From: an uncultured Verrucomicrobiae bacterium
GTDB taxonomy: Bacteria > Verrucomicrobiota > Verrucomicrobiia > Chthoniobacterales > Terrimicrobiaceae
Reading direction: 5' to 3'
NCBI GenBank assembly: GCA_963706955.1
Contig: CAVPOC010000003.1
Location: 384,001 to 448,000, forward strand
DNA: 64,000 nucleotides
Positions 59,227-64,000 of the stretch are shown in pieces (positions within the stretch are counted from its first letter, which is position 1; every line of letters begins with the position of its first letter). The notes beneath the pieces were generated by a model that saw nothing but the letters and a program-made list of their open reading frames with translations, made no database searches and had not been told where the DNA came from. Both the position numbers and the translations under genes were made by a program.

Positions 59227-60171
59227 CTAGGGCGACTTCGCCTGCTGATGTTCCGCAACCACCTCGTCAAGCACATATCGGGCCTTCGCCGCTTCCAAGG
59301 AACTGCTGCGTCTCTGTCCGGCAAGCGTAATCAAGGCTTTCCACAATGCCCAGCCACGACCTCGCGACCAAGTAGCTTTATCGAGCGAGAGCGCGGCCCG
59401 AAAGCCTTCGCGGCTTTCCCCCGAGAAGAGCGTCCACGCGATCGTTACGTCACAGGCAGGATCGCCCACCCCCGAAGACCCGAAATCGATGACAGCACTC
59501 AATCGGCCTCTCGTGACCAGCAAATTTCCTGCACTAACATCGCCATGCAGCCAGACGGGTCGGCCGCGCCATCTGGCCCCCAAGGCTTCATCCCACACTG
59601 AAGTCACGGTGTCTCGATCGATCGTCCCCGCCAGGTCTCTGATTGCTTGACGCGTCTGCTCGTCATAGATCTCCACCGACCCACCCCGATAGAAGTTATG
59701 CGATCCAGGCGCAGGTCCACCTGCCGGATCCATCCGTTGCAGAGCGAGAAGGAACTCTGCGAGCGTGATCGCAAATTGGCGCATGTCGGCGATGTGTTCG
59801 ATGGTCGCGTCCTGACCTTCGAGCCACCGATAGACTGACCAATGCCATGGATAGCCGTGGGCGGGAACTCCCATGGCGAGCGGAACAGGGATGGGCAGAG
59901 GCAAAAGCGGAGCGAGCCTGGGCAACCACCTTTGTTCCTTCTCTACTTGTGCCGAATAACGGGCGGCGCTGGGTAAACGGACGGTCATGCCCTCGCCGAG
60001 ATGAAAGGTCTTGTTGTCCCATCCGCTCAAGGCAACCGGTTTGATAGGCAGATACCCCCACTGGGGAAATTGGCTCGCGACCAATGTGCGCACAAGAGAA
60101 GCATCGATGTCTACGCGCGCGGTAGACGTCTCTCCCGACCCTAGTTTCGTCGGCTGGTCAGACCATTTCAT
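59227..60171 (-). CDS. Aminoglycoside phosphotransferase (APH)-family kinase
   Basis: GWDN.TF.LG, VRLP, KEQRWLP.LAP, WLHGD...GNLLV, VIDFG, GDPACD. Confidence 0.9.
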   Translation of the reverse strand: MKWSDQPTKLGSGETSTARVDIDASLVRTLVASQFPQWGYLPIKPVALSGWDNKTFHLGEGMTVRLPSAARYSAQVEKEQRWLPRLAPLLPLPIPVPLAMGVPAHGYPWHWSVYRWLEGQDATIEHIADMRQFAITLAEFLLALQRMDPAGGPAPGSHNFYRGGSVEIYDEQTRQAIRDLAGTIDRDTVTSVWDEALGARWRGRPVWLHGDVSAGNLLVTRGRLSAVIDFGSSGVGDPACDVTIAWTLFSGESREGFRAALSLDKATWSRGRGWALWKALITLAGQRRSSSLEAAKARYVLDEVVAEHQQAKSP

Positions 60172-60301
60172 CTATTGAAGACGATAACTAATAAAAAGCG
60201 GAGACAAGAAATGCCTGTGAAATATTGGGCAATAAGACCAACTTCCCGGTATCGGGGACGGTTCCCTAGATAGCGTAACAACTCGTAATGACTATCACCT
60301 T

Positions 60302-60460
60302 ATGAATGATGACAAAAAGCCGTGGTATCAACTGAGGGACAGCGAGACCAAGTGGTACCACCATCTGATGCACGGCCGAGTCCTGATCATGCTCGTCTTG
60401 ATGGCGATTGTTGCCCTTCTGGCTATCGGAATCGGTATCTGGGCGCTCTTGGGCACATGA
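60302..60460 (+). CDS. 52-aa single-TM small protein (not in ORF track)
   Basis: MNDDKKPWYQLRDSETKWYHHLMHGRVLIMLVLMAIVALLAIGIGIWALLGT. Confidence 0.6.
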   Translation: MNDDKKPWYQLRDSETKWYHHLMHGRVLIMLVLMAIVALLAIGIGIWALLGT

Positions 60461-60579
60461 ATGCTTAGTTTGCGGGCTGCAGGCTACTTTCGAAATTCTA
60501 GAGGTCTTGATAACCTCCCTCAAGTGCCGCGTCGCTTTGTCGTGACCATGCCACACTTCCAGACCGCTACGTCAGTGTT

Positions 60580-60607
60580 GTAGCGACGATGTCCCCATCG
60601 TCGAGGG
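60580..60607 (+). repeat. REP-like family A single unit
   Basis: GTAGCGACGATGTCCCCATCGTCGAGGG, identical to the 56135 unit. Confidence 0.85.
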
Positions 60608-60676
60608 TGGTCCAGTAGCGGCACGTGGCCAAACGCTCATGACGACGGCGGTTTTGCTATCGTCCTGCCCACACGG

Positions 60677-60925
60677 CTAGTGGCCGGCCTCAAGGTCGCT
60701 CCAGCCTCCCCAAGGCCGAGTCCAGCCATGAGTCTTCCAGCGATAGACGAAATGGATCGTAATGCTGAGAAGAGGCAGGCCGACTATCCAATACCGAAAA
60801 AATCTAGTTCGGAACACCAAGACTGTGCTTGCCACGAACACGACCCACTTGATCACGCGGAAGAGAGGCGATTGGGCCTGCTTCGAGAAGGCCACCCGCA
60901 GCTCTCGTTTGATTACCTTCTGCAC
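60677..60925 (-). CDS. Small membrane protein
   Basis: Two hydrophobic segments, C-terminal HFVYRWKT.GWTRPWGGW; GTG start inferred. Confidence 0.7.
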   Translation of the reverse strand: MQKVIKRELRVAFSKQAQSPLFRVIKWVVFVASTVLVFRTRFFRYWIVGLPLLSITIHFVYRWKTHGWTRPWGGWSDLEAGH

Positions 60926-61336
60926 TTCCCGACCGGTGTTTCTCAAACGATGAATAGGAATGCTTATTGATCGCGCAGACAAGGGACTAGCCATATAACG
61001 CTACCTCCTTCACGCGGACGAGAAGCAATTGGGAAACATATGTCGATGCCGGGGCGGCGAGCTGACGCTGCGCGCAATAGTGGGGGAGCCCTTGACCAGC
61101 TTGCTCGCGACCGCTTCGGGGTCGCGCGAGAGCTCCCGTTCGGCGGCCACATTAGTCCTTGCGCGCTCCAAAAGCGCCGGAAAGTTCTGCAACGGAGGAA
61201 GCGGTCCGCCCGCAGCCACTCACGCTGGGACAGTTATGCCTGCTCTTTCGCCTTAATGGCGTGTGCAGAACTCGAGACGGTGTTGCCAAAAGGCTTTTGC
61301 ATTGGCGAACTAATCCCCCGAAACTGACCTCAAGCC

Positions 61337-62608
61337 ATGCGCATTCCACTTGCCTTCGGCCGAGGCTTCCACGAGATCGAGTGCCCCGACCACCACACCA
61401 CTGTCATTGAACCGCGAGAAGGCCGTCCCCTCGCCAACGAGAAAGCTGCCTTTCTTCAATCACTTGAGTGCCCGATCGCGAGCTTACCCTTGCGTAAATA
61501 TCTCCGGCCTAGCGATCGCGTGATGATCTCTTTCACGGATAATACCCGTGCCACTCCGAATGAACGCATCATCCCCTGGCTTCTCGAAGCGCTTGGTGAT
61601 CACCCCCGTGACCAGATTGTCCTCATCAACCAGCTCGGCACGCATCGCCCAAACACTCGCGCTGAGCTCGAGGAGATGCTCACCCGAGAGGTCGTCGCCA
61701 ACTACGAAGTCATCAACCACGATTGCGAGAACGACGGCGAACTCGTAGTCGTCGGGGAGATGAACGACGGCACCCCCGCGACTGTCCATCGTCGCGTCGT
61801 AGAGGCCGATCTCCGCATTGTCACGGGCTTCATCGAGCCTCACTTCTTCGCCGGTTTTAGCGGAGGACCGAAGGGCATAATTCCAGGATGCGCGGGACTG
61901 AAGACCATTCAGGCGAGCCACAACGTCCGCAACATCGGTCATCCCCAGGCGAGCTTTGGCATTACCGACGGCAACCCGTTGTGGGAGGAACTTCTCCGAG
62001 TGGCGCTCTCAATTGGGCCATCCTTTCTCATAAACGTCTCCCTCACTCATGATCGCCGGATCACCGGCGTTTACGCAGGTGATCTGCGCGAGGCGCATCA
62101 GCAAGGCTGCCGCGACGTTAAGGCCAAGGCGATGACGCCGACCCCGGAGCCGTTCGACGTGGTTGTCACGACAAATAGCGGCCATCCACTCGATCGCAAC
62201 CTCTACCAGGGCGTGAAAGGCATGAGTGCCGCCGCCCGCATCGTCAAAGAGAGAGGCACGATTATCCTCGTCTGCGAATGTGGCGATGGCGTGCCCGATG
62301 GCAGTCCCTTCGATCTCCTCCTGCGCGAGTCCTCCTCCCCTTCCGATATTCTCCTGAAACTTGTCACACCTGGCTTTCGTCGTCCCGAGCAATGGCAAGC
62401 CCAGATTCAGGCTCTCGTCCAGAGCCGTGCCGAAGTTCTCGTCCATTCCCGTCTGCCTGACGATGTGCTCCGTGCCGTTCACCTCACTCCATGCCCGGAC
62501 ATCTCACAAGCCATCGCCGATCGCCTCGATCCCGGCAGTCGCCTCGCGGTCATGCCGCAAGGACCGCTCACCATTCCCTACCTTGACGGTCACCTGGCAT
62601 CGCATTAG
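61337..62608 (+). CDS. larA: Nickel-pincer-dependent lactate racemase family protein
   Basis: D.TRATP, GTHR, EPHFFAGFSGGPK, P.D.NLYQ.VKGM. Confidence 0.88.
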   Translation: MRIPLAFGRGFHEIECPDHHTTVIEPREGRPLANEKAAFLQSLECPIASLPLRKYLRPSDRVMISFTDNTRATPNERIIPWLLEALGDHPRDQIVLINQLGTHRPNTRAELEEMLTREVVANYEVINHDCENDGELVVVGEMNDGTPATVHRRVVEADLRIVTGFIEPHFFAGFSGGPKGIIPGCAGLKTIQASHNVRNIGHPQASFGITDGNPLWEELLRVALSIGPSFLINVSLTHDRRITGVYAGDLREAHQQGCRDVKAKAMTPTPEPFDVVVTTNSGHPLDRNLYQGVKGMSAAARIVKERGTIILVCECGDGVPDGSPFDLLLRESSSPSDILLKLVTPGFRRPEQWQAQIQALVQSRAEVLVHSRLPDDVLRAVHLTPCPDISQAIADRLDPGSRLAVMPQGPLTIPYLDGHLASH

Positions 62609-62788
62609 GCAAGGTCGAAGGCTTCAGCATTCTTAAGATCGCCTTTTCGCTATTATTTCTTTCGGGAAACGAACTCGCGAACTTTGAGGTGCTCGTGGGC
62701 GCTTGACATGCGCCCCCTCCAACTCGTCTATCGGCTATATAATTTTCCCTACTGTCGAGATCGGTTCACTGCCCTAGGAGCCGGGCTT

Positions 62789-63676
62789 TTACTCCGCGTG
62801 CACTCGGCCAAGAAAATCGCGCACGTAAGCGACCACCTCAGCGAGGTGTGTTTCCAGCAACCAATGGCCGCCGCCGAGAAGATGGAGTTCCGCGTCTGGC
62901 AGGTCGCGCAGATACGCACGGGCGGCGCTCTCCGGCATATAGCCGTCCTGCGGTCCCCAAACAATCAGCGTGGGTGGGCGATGATCGCGTAGGTAACCCT
63001 GGTATCGTGGGAACCAGGTCAGATTCTCCTTGAGACGCGCTATTACATCGACGGCGATCTGGCGGCGCTCCGGCGTCATGAGCGACCAATGGAGCTTCCA
63101 GAGGTCGGGTGGAATGCGTTCGGCGAGCTCGGATCCGACGTCGTTAAGGAACTCATCCATGAAGCCGTTCTCGCTGACTGCCTCAGCCAACTTGTCCTTG
63201 GCTGCTCGGGTCGGGTTACGAAAGTACGCTTGGAGCGGAGCGTACTTTGGGCCCAGTTCGTCTTCGTAAATGTCGCCATTTTGGATGATCAACGCCGCAA
63301 TGCGCTCCGGCCGCTTGATCGCAAGTCGTAAGCCGATCTGCGAGCCAAAGTCGTGGAGATAGAGCGCGAACCGCTCAACATTTAGCCGGATTGTCAACCG
63401 ATCGAGAAAGTCGGCGTAGCCGTCGAAATCGTAGGAAAAGTTCTTCGGCGTGTCACTGTAGCCGCATCCCGGAAAGTCCGGCGCGATAAGACGCCAGCGG
63501 TGGGCAAGCATCGGCATGAAGTTCCGGAACTCGTAGGACGAACAAGGATACCCATGGGGCAAGAAAACCGCCGGCGCAGTGGATTCGCCCGCCTCGCGGA
63601 CAAAGACGCGCATCCCGTCCAAATCAACAAAACGGTGCCGCACGCCGTTGAAGTAACTTGGTGTTCGCTGATTCAT
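62789..63676 (-). CDS. Alpha/beta hydrolase (epoxide hydrolase/dehalogenase-like)
   Basis: HGYP.SS, APDFPG.GYS, HDFG (Asp nucleophile), WG.QD, GHW.LE. Confidence 0.9.
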   Translation of the reverse strand: MNQRTPSYFNGVRHRFVDLDGMRVFVREAGESTAPAVFLPHGYPCSSYEFRNFMPMLAHRWRLIAPDFPGCGYSDTPKNFSYDFDGYADFLDRLTIRLNVERFALYLHDFGSQIGLRLAIKRPERIAALIIQNGDIYEDELGPKYAPLQAYFRNPTRAAKDKLAEAVSENGFMDEFLNDVGSELAERIPPDLWKLHWSLMTPERRQIAVDVIARLKENLTWFPRYQGYLRDHRPPTLIVWGPQDGYMPESAARAYLRDLPDAELHLLGGGHWLLETHLAEVVAYVRDFLGRVHAE

Positions 63677-63766
63677 CTTGGTCGGTTTCTGGTCAGGGCG
63701 TTTCGACTTAGATCCTACAATAGGACATGGGAGTGCCTTGCGAGCGGTCAGGGAATCGTCTTAGAT

Positions 63767-63831
63767 CCACAGATTGCGCAGACTTTCACCGATGCATAGA
63801 TTCATCCGTGCCAAACTGAGTTCATCTGTGG
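63767..63831. repeat. Degenerate inverted ~9-mer repeats (CACAGAT-like / ATCTGTG-like)
   Basis: CCACAGATT GCGCAGACT TTCACCGATG ... CATCCGTGC CAAACTGAG TTCATCTGTGG. Confidence 0.55.
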
Positions 63832-63904
63832 ACCCATGTTCGTGTTTCAAGCACCATCTTTAGACTACATTAGCTAATCGATGAATCTCGATCAAACACG
63901 GCCC

Positions 63905-64000
63905 ATGCTACAAAAGGTGCCTGGCTGGCTCAGCGCTATTGTCGTCAGCGGCATCTTCACGGGACTAGTCCTCTTGGAATGGCGGCGGCCCTTACGAAAG
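63905..64000 (+). CDS. Partial membrane protein, possibly sterol desaturase/fatty acid hydroxylase family
   Basis: MLQKVPGWLSAIVVSGIFTGLVLLEWRRPLRK; L.LE..RPLR resembles that family's N-terminus; truncated by window. Confidence 0.45.
   Translation, partial: MLQKVPGWLSAIVVSGIFTGLVLLEWRRPLRK

Noticed and set aside
59227..60171. Bona fide aminoglycoside resistance gene
   Set aside because: Only the general APH/choline kinase fold motifs are visible; substrate cannot be inferred from sequence.
60960..61330. Short overlapping ORFs between the membrane protein gene and larA
   Set aside because: Several mutually overlapping frames, none with recognisable motifs; treated as intergenic or remnant DNA.
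62703..62743. Perfect TTGACA and TATAAT hexamers
   Set aside because: Spacing is about 28 nt, far from 16-18, and no plus-strand gene follows.

Overview
GC-rich bacterial chromosomal window, very probably Verrucomicrobiota (Spartobacteria/Chthoniobacterales-like). This is inferred from the MurC-MurB fusion, the LysM gene between murD and ftsW, divergent FtsZ/FtsA and the r-protein gene layout. Main blocks: NitT/TauT-type ABC transporter, sodA and dapL (0-4.2 kb); a complete dcw cluster mraZ..ftsZ (5.6-24.7 kb) with a 1-nt frameshift in murE; a small accessory island (24.8-28.7 kb) with a GrrA/OscA-like Trp-x-Asn repeat RiPP precursor and a GrrM/OscB-like cyclophane-forming radical SAM enzyme; clpB; the S10-spc-alpha r-protein superoperon (31.6-46.5 kb), which has a non-ribosomal exported coiled-coil gene inserted between rpsS and rplV and lacks rpsN, rpmD, rpoA and rplQ; recA, rbsK, pfkA, argS, PTS IIA, csbD and PBP1A; and a final accessory stretch of small enzymes (56-64 kb). 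Intergenic DNA holds several REP-like palindrome families and heptamer/nonamer inverted-repeat hairpins. No tRNA, rRNA, CRISPR array or transposase was seen. All family calls come from motif recognition by eye; no database search was run.
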